Of a stretch of 64,000 nucleotides of DNA, positions 26,858 to 36,004 are shown in pieces (the first letter of the stretch is position 1; each line of letters opens with the position of its first letter). The position numbers were made by a program, and so were the translations under genes. Origin of the DNA: an uncultured Alphaproteobacteria bacterium (GTDB lineage: Bacteria > Pseudomonadota > Alphaproteobacteria > JAJFIK01); assembly GCA_964474635.1 (NCBI GenBank), contig CAYYTT010000002.1, forward strand, positions 6,015-70,014. The letters are read 5' to 3'. The notes below the pieces were generated by a model. It was given only the letters and a program-made list of their open reading frames with translations, was not told the DNA's origin and did not search any database.

Positions 26858-28144
26858 ATGGCCATTTCGACGGCGCTGCAGGCCGGTGTCAGTGGGCTGC
26901 GCACCCAGGGCATGAAGCTCGCGACAATTTCGGACAATATCGCGAATTCAAACACGGTGGGCTACAAGCGCCGTGATGTCCAGTTCGCCAATCTCGTTAC
27001 GAGCCAGGGCGTCGCCACAGACTATACCGCCGGTGGATCGACGGGCCGCATTCGAACCGATATCGCGGCCGAGGCCGGTCAAATTGCCTCCGGTGGCATC
27101 ACGGATTTTGCGATTGGCGGGCAGGGTTTTTTCGTGGTCGCAGAGCAGAGCGAACCCGGGCCGGCGGGCAACAGCTATGCCCTTACACGGGCTGGCGCTT
27201 TTGGTCCCGATGAGGACGGAAATCTGCGAAATGCGAGCGGCTATTTCCTTCAAGGGTTTCCGCTTAATCCGGATGGATCCTACACGAACGGAACGCCTTT
27301 TCTTGATGGCTTTACGTCCGCTGAGACTGTGAATATTGGCAATCTCTCCTTCACGGGCGCTCCAACGACACAAATCGGGTTCACTGGCAATCTGCCGGCC
27401 CAGCAGACGGGACTTGCAACGCCGCCAGCCCCCCTGGTGACGAGTATGGAGTATTTCGACGAACTCGGAGGGTCGAACCGCATTACCGCGCAATGGCAGC
27501 CGGGCGCCGTGGCCAATGAATGGACCTTATCCCTTTATAATGGACCGGACACGGCATCACCGCTGCTTGCCAGCGATACGGTGACTTTCAGCGGAGGCGG
27601 TGCCAATGCAGGTGCCCCATCGGCCTACGGACCGGGCCTCGGCGTTGGGCCCGACGGTACCATCCCCTTGGCGGTCAGCGCTACACAGACGATCAATTTC
27701 GCCATCGGCGCCATTGGAACCTATGAGGGGATGACGCAATTCGACGGGGACTACACGCCGACCACGTCCCGGGATGGTGCCCGGTCAGGTCAACTCACCA
27801 CATTGGACATGCAGGATGATGGCACACTGATTGCGCTGTTTGACAATGGCGGCCAAAGACCAGTCTGGCAGATTCCCCTGGCGCATGTTGAAAATCCCAA
27901 TGGTATGACGGCCCTGAGCGGCAGTGCCTTCGTTCCGGATACCGATAGCGGTGTTGTGCGTTTGCACCGTGCCGGTGAGGGACCGACCGGTCAGATCATC
28001 GCGGGTGCCCTTGAAAATGCGGATGTGGATATCGCAACCGAACTCACTGAGTTGATCCAGACCCAGAGAACATACTCCTCCAATGCGACCATTATACGGA
28101 CGGCGGATGAAATGCTGGAAGAAGCCATCCGGTTGAAGCGGTAA
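26858..28144 (+). CDS. flgE: Flagellar hook protein FlgE (set 1)
   Basis: ATG 26858 after GGGAGGA. MAISTALQAGVSGLRTQGMKLATISDNIANSNTVGYKR N-terminus. LENADVDIATELTELIQTQRTYSSNATIIRTADEMLEEAIRLKR C-terminus. Confidence 0.92.
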   Translation: MAISTALQAGVSGLRTQGMKLATISDNIANSNTVGYKRRDVQFANLVTSQGVATDYTAGGSTGRIRTDIAAEAGQIASGGITDFAIGGQGFFVVAEQSEPGPAGNSYALTRAGAFGPDEDGNLRNASGYFLQGFPLNPDGSYTNGTPFLDGFTSAETVNIGNLSFTGAPTTQIGFTGNLPAQQTGLATPPAPLVTSMEYFDELGGSNRITAQWQPGAVANEWTLSLYNGPDTASPLLASDTVTFSGGGANAGAPSAYGPGLGVGPDGTIPLAVSATQTINFAIGAIGTYEGMTQFDGDYTPTTSRDGARSGQLTTLDMQDDGTLIALFDNGGQRPVWQIPLAHVENPNGMTALSGSAFVPDTDSGVVRLHRAGEGPTGQIIAGALENADVDIATELTELIQTQRTYSSNATIIRTADEMLEEAIRLKR

Positions 28145-28174
28145 CGCAGTGAGACGATTGGGGAGCAAACCATC

Positions 28175-29653
28175 ATGGGGTTGACGAGCGCCCTCCACGC
28201 AGCGTCATCGGGCCTGACCGCCCAGGGTCAACGCTCGGCAGTGGTCTCCGACAACATCGCCAATGCGTCGACGCCCGGTTATGTGCGCACGGACTCTGTT
28301 GCGCGCTCGCTTGTCCTGGGCGGTTATGGCGTGGGCGTCACGATGGACGATGTGCGTGCCGAAGCGGGTCAGGGCCTGCTTCGGGACCTGCGCCAGGCGC
28401 TGTCGGATCGCGAGGGGGCGGCCGCCGAGGCAGGGGCCCTTGCCCGATTGACGGCGGTCCACGGCGATCCGAATGAGGAGCGTTCACTGGCGGCAAAGAT
28501 CCAAGAGCTCGAAAGCGCAGTGCAGGGGGCGGCCGCGTCGCCGGGCAGTCAGACGGCGCTGCGCACGGTGGTGGATGCAGCACACTCCGTGACACAGACT
28601 TTCGCGGCCGTCTCCGACAGCATCGCGGCCGAGCGGACCGACGCGGAGGCCGCCATCGCGCAGCGGGTCACGGCCCTCCAGGACACTTTGGGCCAGATTT
28701 CCACACTGAACGAACAGATCTCGACCATGGCCAATGGCGGGCGTGACCCCTCGGACCTGCTCGATGAGCGAGACCGGCTCGTCAATGCCGTGGCCGAGGA
28801 TGTTCCGATCCGCACCTATGAGCGGGAGATGGGGGATCTTGTCATCATGACCAAGGGCGGCGCGACTTTGCTCGATGGTCGGGTGGCGCAGATTTCTTTT
28901 ACAGCACTGCCAACGCTTTCACCGGACTTGACCTATCCGGCTTCTTCACCGCCGATAAGCGGTCTGCTGATCGACGGTGTGGATATTGCGCCGGCGAGCG
29001 GCGCGGCCGGGGCTCTCGATAGCGGGCGGCTCGCCGGTTTGTTTGAAGTGCGGGACAGTTGGGGCCCCCATTTCCAGGAGCAGATTGACGGGCTTGCCGC
29101 GCATCTTGCCGATGCGTTCGAGGCAGCGGATCTATCCGTACCCGGCGCCGGAGTGACGGGGCTGTTCGTCGACGCCGCGTCACCGGCGAATGGCATCGAC
29201 CCGGCCACTGTCACGCCAGGCCTGGCCGGTCGCCTCATGGTCAATCCAATTGTCGATCCGGCCGCCGGCGGAGACGTGACGAAACTGCGCGACGGTCTGC
29301 ATGGCCCTGTAACGGCCACGGGCGATCCGACCCAATTGATGCAGTTTTTGGATGCCTTCGCCGCGCCGCAACCCTTCGACCCGGCCTTGAGTCTCGGTAC
29401 GGATCGAACTCTTGGTGCAGCGGCTGGCGCCTTCATCGCGGGCCAGCAGGCGGAACGGACGGGCCGGGAGGCGGATATGGAAACCGCGTCGATCACTCTC
29501 GGGACCTATGAGACCGCGCTCGCCAATCGCACAGGCGTCAATCTCGATCTTCAATTGAAGACCCTCCAAGACATTGAAACCGCCTATGGCGCCAATGCGC
29601 AGGTTCTCCAGGTGATCAACCGCATGTATGACGCGCTGCTGGCCATTGTGTAG
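28175..29653 (+). CDS. flgK: Hook-associated protein 1 FlgK
   Basis: MGLTSALHAASSGLTAQGQRSAVVSDNIANASTPGYVR N-terminus. C-terminal LKTLQDIETAYGANAQVLQVINRMYDALL. Confidence 0.9.
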   Translation: MGLTSALHAASSGLTAQGQRSAVVSDNIANASTPGYVRTDSVARSLVLGGYGVGVTMDDVRAEAGQGLLRDLRQALSDREGAAAEAGALARLTAVHGDPNEERSLAAKIQELESAVQGAAASPGSQTALRTVVDAAHSVTQTFAAVSDSIAAERTDAEAAIAQRVTALQDTLGQISTLNEQISTMANGGRDPSDLLDERDRLVNAVAEDVPIRTYEREMGDLVIMTKGGATLLDGRVAQISFTALPTLSPDLTYPASSPPISGLLIDGVDIAPASGAAGALDSGRLAGLFEVRDSWGPHFQEQIDGLAAHLADAFEAADLSVPGAGVTGLFVDAASPANGIDPATVTPGLAGRLMVNPIVDPAAGGDVTKLRDGLHGPVTATGDPTQLMQFLDAFAAPQPFDPALSLGTDRTLGAAAGAFIAGQQAERTGREADMETASITLGTYETALANRTGVNLDLQLKTLQDIETAYGANAQVLQVINRMYDALLAIV

Positions 29654-29715
29654 CGCTTGGCGGTGCAGGTCGAAGCGGCCAAGTGGTATCGTGATTATCG
29701 GTAAGGGATTTAATC

Positions 29716-30786
29716 ATGTCGGATCCGCTGTCCACACTTTCAATGAATCGACAGCTATCCTCCCAGATTGTCAAAGTTCAAAGCGAACTTGCGACCAAGG
29801 GGGAGGAGCTGGGCTCCGGCCGCCATGCGGACCTGCCCGGGGTTTTGAAGGGCCAATATGCCGACCTCATCGATATGCGTGCGGAGTTTGGCCGCCTTGA
29901 CAGCCAAAGTCGTGGCCTTGATGCCTTTAACCGGGCGGCGCAGGCCAAGCAAATGATCATGGGTGAGGTCTCGGCGTCCGTCCAGGAGTTCATGGCGTCC
30001 ATGGCCCCGGCAATCAGCGATACGGCGACGGTCAGCGAGGAACTGCCGAACCTGGCGCGGCAGTTGATTGATCAAGTGACGGACCTTCTAAACACGGCGG
30101 ACACGGATGGGTATCTTTTTTCCGGCATTGCGCGGGAGGCGCGTCCGATTCTGGGGGCCACTGAGGGACCAGCGCCGACGCCGCTTGACGTGGTGGCGGG
30201 CGCAGCCGTCCCCAATCCGCCGGCGACGCTTGCGGATGTCGCCGCGTTGGGCGCATCCTTCGATACACTCTTTGATACGCCGTCCTTTGACACTGTTTTT
30301 TACAGGGGGGCGGTGGGCACCCCCGGGACCGCGCGCTGGACCATTCCCATCGGGTTGCAGACATCCCTAGACCTTGGTCTGCAGGCCAATGATGGGGCGA
30401 TCCGCGATGTGTTGCAGGGCCTGCATATGATCGCGTCGGTCGATGTGGCCAGTCTGCCGAACGAGCCAGAGGCTCCCCTTGGCGATGGCGATGCGCGGAA
30501 CTCGCCCTATTGGGCATTCATGGCGCACGCCCATGACAAGATCGCGGCGGGGGCTGACGCCTTAACCCGGGCGCAAGGTGATCTTGGCCGGGAACAGACG
30601 ACAGCGCAAAGTATGAGAAGTGTCCTGAACGCCCAAAAAGTCCTGCTCAACGGTTCGATCAATGATCTGGAACGTGTTGACCCCTTCGAGGCTCAGGTCC
30701 AATTCGCGACATTGCAATCCCAATTGGAGCAGAGTTTTCAGGTTACGGCACGCCTGGCGAGTCTGTCACTGAGCAATTATCTCTAA
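29716..30786 (+). CDS. flgL: Hook-associated protein 3 FlgL
   Basis: Follows flgK. Flagellin-like N-terminal helix (LSTLSMNRQLSSQIVKVQSELATKGEELGSG) and C-terminal helix (DPFEAQVQFATLQSQLEQSFQVTARLASLSLSNYL). Confidence 0.8.
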   Translation: MSDPLSTLSMNRQLSSQIVKVQSELATKGEELGSGRHADLPGVLKGQYADLIDMRAEFGRLDSQSRGLDAFNRAAQAKQMIMGEVSASVQEFMASMAPAISDTATVSEELPNLARQLIDQVTDLLNTADTDGYLFSGIAREARPILGATEGPAPTPLDVVAGAAVPNPPATLADVAALGASFDTLFDTPSFDTVFYRGAVGTPGTARWTIPIGLQTSLDLGLQANDGAIRDVLQGLHMIASVDVASLPNEPEAPLGDGDARNSPYWAFMAHAHDKIAAGADALTRAQGDLGREQTTAQSMRSVLNAQKVLLNGSINDLERVDPFEAQVQFATLQSQLEQSFQVTARLASLSLSNYL

Positions 30787-30975
30787 GTACGTGAAAACCG
30801 CCGCCGGGCCCAGCGCGATTGCAGTGTATTGGGTCCGGCGAGCTGACGCCGGGCCCGTGCTTCTCGGTCAGCCCAGTGCTGTGTTCCCAAGCGAGAGTGG
30901 CGTTGAATGTCCATCCAAAAGAAAAAAGAGCGATCCGGAGAATGGCCGGACGGCAGGCCGGCGGCGTCCACGGCG

Positions 30976-31689
30976 CTATGCGACGGCACGTGACCGCTCG
31001 GCCACAGCCCCCAGATGGGCGAGTCGATATCCCCGCCCCACAACGGTTTCGATGAAACGCTCCCCTTGCGTTGCATCGGCAAGTTTGCGTCGCAGTTTGC
31101 AGATGTAAACATCAATGACCTTGTCGAAGGGCTGTGACCCGGTGAGGCCATAGACCGCCTCGAACAGGGTTTCTTTGGAAATCACGCGGCCCTGACGATG
31201 GGCAAGGGCCATGAATGTACTGTGCTCGCGGCGGCTGAGTTTGATGGGTCGTCCGTTCACCTCTGGATCCCGGCCGTCCAGGAAGATGGTCAGTGGTCCC
31301 AAGTCGAAGGTCTCGTCACGCTGCTCCGTTCCCCGGCGCCGAATGGCACGAATGCGGGCGGCAATTTCCTTGGCCTTGACCGGGCGAATGAGGCAATCAT
31401 CGGCGCCAGCGTCGAGCAGACGGACGATTTTGTCCGACTGGCGAAGATCAAGAAAACACAAGATCGGCAGGCCCGGTGCATTTTTTCGGGCCCGCGCCAC
31501 CATCAACGCGGTCTCCTCTTCATCCCCAAGGAGAATGGCCAAATAGGGTGAGGGGGCCGTTCCCGTCCATGGCGGGGCATCGTCCAAATGCGAAAGCTCG
31601 GCCCGGTCAATGTCGATACGGATGGCTTTGAACGCCGTTGTCAGACTGTTCGCAATTAGATCGTCCGATTCCACCAGAAGTATACGCAT
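30976..31689 (-). CDS. OmpR-family winged-helix response regulator with an atypical receiver (Rem/FtcR-like flagellar regulator candidate)
   Basis: ATG 31689 gives MRILLVESDD. Trans_reg_C block LSRREHSTFMALAHRQGRVISKETLFEAVYG, DVYICKLRRKL, IETVVGRGYRL. The receiver lacks the usual T/S and the K of the KP motif (reads LIRPV). Confidence 0.7.
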   Translation of the reverse strand: MRILLVESDDLIANSLTTAFKAIRIDIDRAELSHLDDAPPWTGTAPSPYLAILLGDEEETALMVARARKNAPGLPILCFLDLRQSDKIVRLLDAGADDCLIRPVKAKEIAARIRAIRRRGTEQRDETFDLGPLTIFLDGRDPEVNGRPIKLSRREHSTFMALAHRQGRVISKETLFEAVYGLTGSQPFDKVIDVYICKLRRKLADATQGERFIETVVGRGYRLAHLGAVAERSRAVA

Positions 31690-31952
31690 CCATATCACCC
31701 AATTTGAGAAAAACGGACCAAGTGGAGGTACTTGAGTGTTGGGACGGCACGAATAACGCACGGCCAGCAAAAAGAGTGTAGTCCGGATACAGCAAATATT
31801 GATTGAATATGGATAAAATCACGTACGGGTAGGTGTTTGATTGATTTGTTGAAAATCCCAGTGTAAGCGATGAGAGAAGTGCAAGGCCCTCCGGCATAGC
31901 ATCCCTTGCCATGAGCGAACCGCTTCACGTCGCCATTAACAAGGGTGGGTTC

Positions 31953-33065
31953 ATGCCAAGGCAGGTTGTGCTGGCGTGTGTGCTGTTGCTTCTTTTCACC
32001 ACAAAGGTGGCCACCGCGAATGAATTGCGGATCAAGGACATCGTGTCCCTGGAGGGGGTACGGTCGAACCAGCTGATCGGCTACGGCCTGGTCGTTGGTC
32101 TTCCGGGTACGGGCGACCGGCTCAACAACACACCTTTCACGCAGCGCAGTCTGTCCAGCATGCTGGAGCGACTGGGCATCTCAGTGAATGCGGATGATAT
32201 CCGTACACGCAATGTCGCGGCAGTGATGGTAACGGCCATGCTGCCGGCCTTTGCCAATGCCGGCACGCGGCTCGATGTCCAGATCGCCGCTCTCGGGGAC
32301 GCCTCAAGCCTTCTGGGCGGGACCCTTCTGGTGACACCGCTGCTTGGGGCCGACGGGCAGGCCTATGCCCTCGCCCAAGGGCCCGTTGTGGTGGCCGGCT
32401 TCAGCGCGCAAGGTGAGGCATCCTCGGTGAGTAAGGGCGTGCCGACCAACGCGCGCATTCCCAATGGCGCCGTGGTGGAGCATGAAGTCGACTTTACCTT
32501 GGATGATGTCCGTGCACTGCAGTTATCCCTACGCAATCCAGATTTCACGACGGCCATTCGCATTGCCGACCGGATTAATGGTGAAATTGGCGATGGCGTG
32601 GCCCATCCCAGCGACGCGGCGACGGTGGATCTGACGGTTCCGTCCCGTTTTGAGGGCAAGGTGGTCCGGTTCATCGCAGCCATTGAGATGCTGAAGGTCG
32701 TTACGGATCAGATCGCGCGCGTGGTCGTTGACGAGCGCTCCGGAACCATCCTGATTGGTGAAAACGTTCGAATAAGCCGGGTCGCGATCACCCAGGGCTC
32801 TATCATGATCGAGGTCGATGAGACTCCTGTCGTTTCCCAGCCCGCTCCCTTTTCCGACAGTGGTGAAACAACGGTTCTTCCGCGCTCACGGGTGCGTGTC
32901 ACCGAGGAGTTGGGCGGCGGTTTTCGGATCGTGGAAAACGGCACGACACTGCAGGATCTTGTGAACGGATTGAATGTTCTGGGGGTGCAGCCTCGCGACA
33001 CCATCGCCATTTTGCAGGCGATCAAGTCTGCCGGTGCGCTCCATGCCGATCTTATTGTCGAATGA
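31953..33065 (+). CDS. flgI: Flagellar P-ring protein FlgI
   Basis: ATG 31953 after GGGTGGG. Signal peptide, then RIKDIVSLEGVRSNQLIGYGLVVGLPGTGD, NVAAVMVTAMLP and LQAIKSAGALHADLIV. Confidence 0.93.
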   Translation: MPRQVVLACVLLLLFTTKVATANELRIKDIVSLEGVRSNQLIGYGLVVGLPGTGDRLNNTPFTQRSLSSMLERLGISVNADDIRTRNVAAVMVTAMLPAFANAGTRLDVQIAALGDASSLLGGTLLVTPLLGADGQAYALAQGPVVVAGFSAQGEASSVSKGVPTNARIPNGAVVEHEVDFTLDDVRALQLSLRNPDFTTAIRIADRINGEIGDGVAHPSDAATVDLTVPSRFEGKVVRFIAAIEMLKVVTDQIARVVVDERSGTILIGENVRISRVAITQGSIMIEVDETPVVSQPAPFSDSGETTVLPRSRVRVTEELGGGFRIVENGTTLQDLVNGLNVLGVQPRDTIAILQAIKSAGALHADLIVE

Positions 33066-33409
33066 GGACAAGCATGGTGGACACACTCTCCCCCCTCACC
33101 GCGAACCTAGATTTGAACACGCCCTCCGGACCCGGAGCGGTCAAGACACGCCAAGAGGCATGGGAGGCGGCCCAAGCCTTCGAAGGCATGATGCTGGGCC
33201 AATTGATGCGCCACATGATGACTGGCCTGAAGGCGGACGGTCCCTTTGCTGGTGGTTTTGCTGAAACGATGTGGCGGGACATGCTCGTTGAGGAGGCCGG
33301 TGAACAGGCCGCAGCCGCGGGCGGCATTGGCCTTGCGGGTGACGTTTACCGGGTCTTGGTGGCAACACTGCCGGATGAGGGTACTCAGAAACCAGAAGGA
33401 AACGGATAA
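33062..33409 (+). CDS. flgJ: Rod-binding protein (FlgJ N-terminal domain only, no muramidase domain)
   Basis: 115 aa. AQAFEGMMLGQLMRHMM, FAETMWRDMLVEEAGEQAA rod-binding block. ATGA overlap with flgI. Confidence 0.8.
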   Translation: MRTSMVDTLSPLTANLDLNTPSGPGAVKTRQEAWEAAQAFEGMMLGQLMRHMMTGLKADGPFAGGFAETMWRDMLVEEAGEQAAAAGGIGLAGDVYRVLVATLPDEGTQKPEGNG

Positions 33410-33411
33410 TC

Positions 33412-33924
33412 ATGGCGTGGTCTGAACGGTTCAAGGTGTTCGCCTCCACACGGCGGTCCGACGATGTCGTTGAGCCGTCGGTCCACCGTGCCGGCGAGGC
33501 GGACCAGGAGGGCGTACGCCCAGAAGAAAAGCGGCTTTTGGAATTGGTCGAAATCCTCACACTCTCCGTGCAGGCCGATGGGGAGGCGCTTGCCCATGGC
33601 CGGATCGAGGAGGTCCTTGAGCGCGTGGCCGAACACCGCGCCCTTCTCCATGACCTTGAAGCCGTACTCCTGGAGCATCGCGAAGAGATCCGCCTGTGGC
33701 CAGAGGCGAAAAAGCATTCCATTGAGGGTGCCTTCAGCCGGCTTTCAAGTCAGGCCGAAGCCACGGGGCGCCATCTTGGTGTGCTGCATAGTGCGTCCCA
33801 AACAATTTGTGCCCATATGCTTCAGGCAGCCGAGCGTCAGCTTTCGGATGGAACATATCGGCGCAGCGGGGAGAAACAAAAGTCCAAACAGCTCTCCTTG
33901 AGCCAATTTTCAGCTAAACTCTAG
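33412..33924 (+). CDS. Hypothetical helical protein in the flgI operon (possible FlgN-like export chaperone)
   Basis: 170 aa. Starts 2 nt after the flgJ-like stop. Helical, Leu/Glu-rich (RLLELVEILTLSVQADGEALAHGRIEEVLERVAEHRALLHDLEAVLLEH). The family call is a guess from position and composition. Confidence 0.35.
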   Translation: MAWSERFKVFASTRRSDDVVEPSVHRAGEADQEGVRPEEKRLLELVEILTLSVQADGEALAHGRIEEVLERVAEHRALLHDLEAVLLEHREEIRLWPEAKKHSIEGAFSRLSSQAEATGRHLGVLHSASQTICAHMLQAAERQLSDGTYRRSGEKQKSKQLSLSQFSAKL

Positions 33925-34042
33925 ATTTTACGTCGTTGAAAACGCTCCGGTTTAGTCTTGTTCGTGCTGGAAACACGAAGGGCGTGTCCTCCAAGCCTCG
34001 CGTCAGAAGGCGCCGAAACAGACCTGTAGAAATGGGAGTTTG

Positions 34043-35509
34043 ATGATGGTCTCTATCTTGACGAACCAGTCGGCGCAGGTGGCCCTCCAGACCATGCGCA
34101 ATGTGTCCTCCAACTTGCAGGAAACGCAAAACCGGATTTCCACCGGCCTTGAAGTGCGGTCGGCCAAGGACAATGCGGCCTACTTTCTCGTTGCGCAAAC
34201 GGTTCGCGGCGATTTGTCCGTTCTCGAAGGACTGCGCGACAACCTGACCCTTTCGGTCAATGCGGCAAAGACGGCGACGAACGGTATCAACTCGATTTCC
34301 GAAAACCTCAACGAGATACAGAAGGCGCTGACGACGGCCGATACGGGCCAGGCGCTCGAAGAGTTGCAGTTCGCCGTCAACAATCTCGTGGAGGAAGTCG
34401 AAGGCACCATCAACGCCACGTCCTTCAACGGCGTAAACCTGCTCAAGGGAAGCGGAACACAGACGGTGACCACCTCCATCGTGCGCGATGGTGGGGACTT
34501 CCAGATCAACACCTTCACCCTGAAGTCCCAGGACCTCGACAATATTGTCGAGGATGCCAATCTCGATGTTCTGTACCGCACCTATTCGCCTGAAGCCGCG
34601 GAACGGTTCGATGTGGATGGGAACGGATCGGTGGATTTCACCAGTGCCGCCGACTCCAGTTTCTTCTCACGGACGGTTCGTGAGGCACTTGATACGGACG
34701 GGAGTGGAACCATCGACGGCCCAGATCTGGCGGTCAATTTCGATATCGATGGCGACACCACCGACGATGCACTGCAACTGTCGGCCGAAGCCGTTGCACA
34801 AGGGGCCGTGGACCAGTTCGAAGCCCTCGGCATTACCTTTTTTGATCGGGATGCCGGCATCATCGAGGATGCGGGCGCCAGCCAATTCGCCGGCGTGACG
34901 AACAGGAACATCCTGGATGCGGTCGCCACGGAAGTCGCAGCAGCCGATACCTTCCTGATTTCGGCCGACGAAAACTTCCGGCAACAGCTTGAGGACAATG
35001 GTATCGTTTTCAAGCATGATGCGGCGGTGACAAGTGGCGCCGAGGCGGTGCAACGGTTCTCGATCGATCTGACCGCCAACTCGTCCGTTATCGACCCGTC
35101 GTCTGGCACAGCCTTCACCAACCGGGAACTCCTGGAGCGGACCATCGACTCCTCCTTCCTGCGCGGTGCGGCCGAAGCGTCCGGCTTCTCCGCAGTACTT
35201 CGGAAAATCCAGGTCAATGGTCCCGACGGAAACGTTCAGGCGGGTCTTGTGTTGGCGGAATCGCTCATCTCCCGCGTGAACGTCAATTCCTCGACGCTCG
35301 GGACATTTGAGCGCACGCTCGAGAGCCGTCAGAACTTCCTGGAAAATCTGACCGATTCGCTTGAAACGGGTGTCTCCTCCCTGGTGGAAGCGGACCTCGA
35401 TGAGGAATCGACGCGGCTTCAGGCTCTTCAGACCCAAGAGCAGTTGGCCATCCAGGCCCTGACGATCGCCAATTCCCGGCCCCAGAACGTTCTCTCCCTG
35501 TTCCGGTAA
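34043..35509 (+). CDS. Flagellin (set 1)
   Basis: N-terminal D0/D1 (MVSILTNQSAQVALQTMRNVSSNLQETQNRISTGLEVRSAKDNAAYF). C-terminal D1/D0 (LVEADLDEESTRLQALQTQEQLAIQALTIANSRPQNVLSLFR). Starts at 34040, 34043 or 34046 are all possible. Confidence 0.93.
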   Translation: MMVSILTNQSAQVALQTMRNVSSNLQETQNRISTGLEVRSAKDNAAYFLVAQTVRGDLSVLEGLRDNLTLSVNAAKTATNGINSISENLNEIQKALTTADTGQALEELQFAVNNLVEEVEGTINATSFNGVNLLKGSGTQTVTTSIVRDGGDFQINTFTLKSQDLDNIVEDANLDVLYRTYSPEAAERFDVDGNGSVDFTSAADSSFFSRTVREALDTDGSGTIDGPDLAVNFDIDGDTTDDALQLSAEAVAQGAVDQFEALGITFFDRDAGIIEDAGASQFAGVTNRNILDAVATEVAAADTFLISADENFRQQLEDNGIVFKHDAAVTSGAEAVQRFSIDLTANSSVIDPSSGTAFTNRELLERTIDSSFLRGAAEASGFSAVLRKIQVNGPDGNVQAGLVLAESLISRVNVNSSTLGTFERTLESRQNFLENLTDSLETGVSSLVEADLDEESTRLQALQTQEQLAIQALTIANSRPQNVLSLFR

Positions 35510-35531
35510 GGCCCGATCGCCCCTGGAAGGT

Positions 35532-35553
35532 CGGCGTCCCATGTGGGCGCCGG
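35532..35553 (+). terminator. GC-rich hairpin after the flagellin gene
   Basis: CGGCGTCCCA-TG-TGGGCGCCGG (one bulge) followed by CTTTCC. Begins 23 nt after the flagellin stop. Confidence 0.35.
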
Positions 35554-35590
35554 CTTTCCACTCGCATAATCTTGTTCAGGAAGTCCCGCC

Positions 35591-36004
35591 ATGCCGCACC
35601 CACACGCTGCAAAATCGAGCGCCTACAAACAAACGATCCGGGAGACCGAGACACCGCGTCAAATCGAGCGCAGGGTCTTTGCGCAAATCACCCGGGAGTT
35701 GGAGACCTATGACCGCGATTACACGACCGCGCAGGACCGTTTTGCGGCCCACGATGCCCTTGCGCGCAACCAGACCCTTTGGGGACATTTGATGTTCGAT
35801 GTGATGGACACGGCCAATGCCCTGCCCGATGCCATCAAGGCACGGATCATCTCTCTCGCGCTTTTCGTGGATCGCCACACGGGCGATGTGCTGCGCGGCG
35901 AAAAATCTGTATCGCCGTTGATTGAATTGAACAAATGCATCATGCAGGGGCTCGATCAGCGCGCGCCGGAGCCATCGGCCGTGGAGCAGGCCCATGGGGC
36001 TTAG
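35591..36004 (+). CDS. flaF: Flagellar biosynthesis regulator FlaF
   Basis: SAYKQTIRETETPRQIERRVFAQITRELE and LWGHLMFDVMDTANALPDAIKARIISLALFVDRHT. Typical FlaF, paired with flbT. Confidence 0.88.
   Translation: MPHPHAAKSSAYKQTIRETETPRQIERRVFAQITRELETYDRDYTTAQDRFAAHDALARNQTLWGHLMFDVMDTANALPDAIKARIISLALFVDRHTGDVLRGEKSVSPLIELNKCIMQGLDQRAPEPSAVEQAHGA

Noticed and set aside
26760-26858. Possible sigma-54 or CtrA motif upstream of flgE (TGGCTTTAAACCCGTTCGCTTAAG)
   Set aside because: The GG-N10-GC spacing is not met, and the two TTAA elements are 10 nt apart. No consensus is satisfied.
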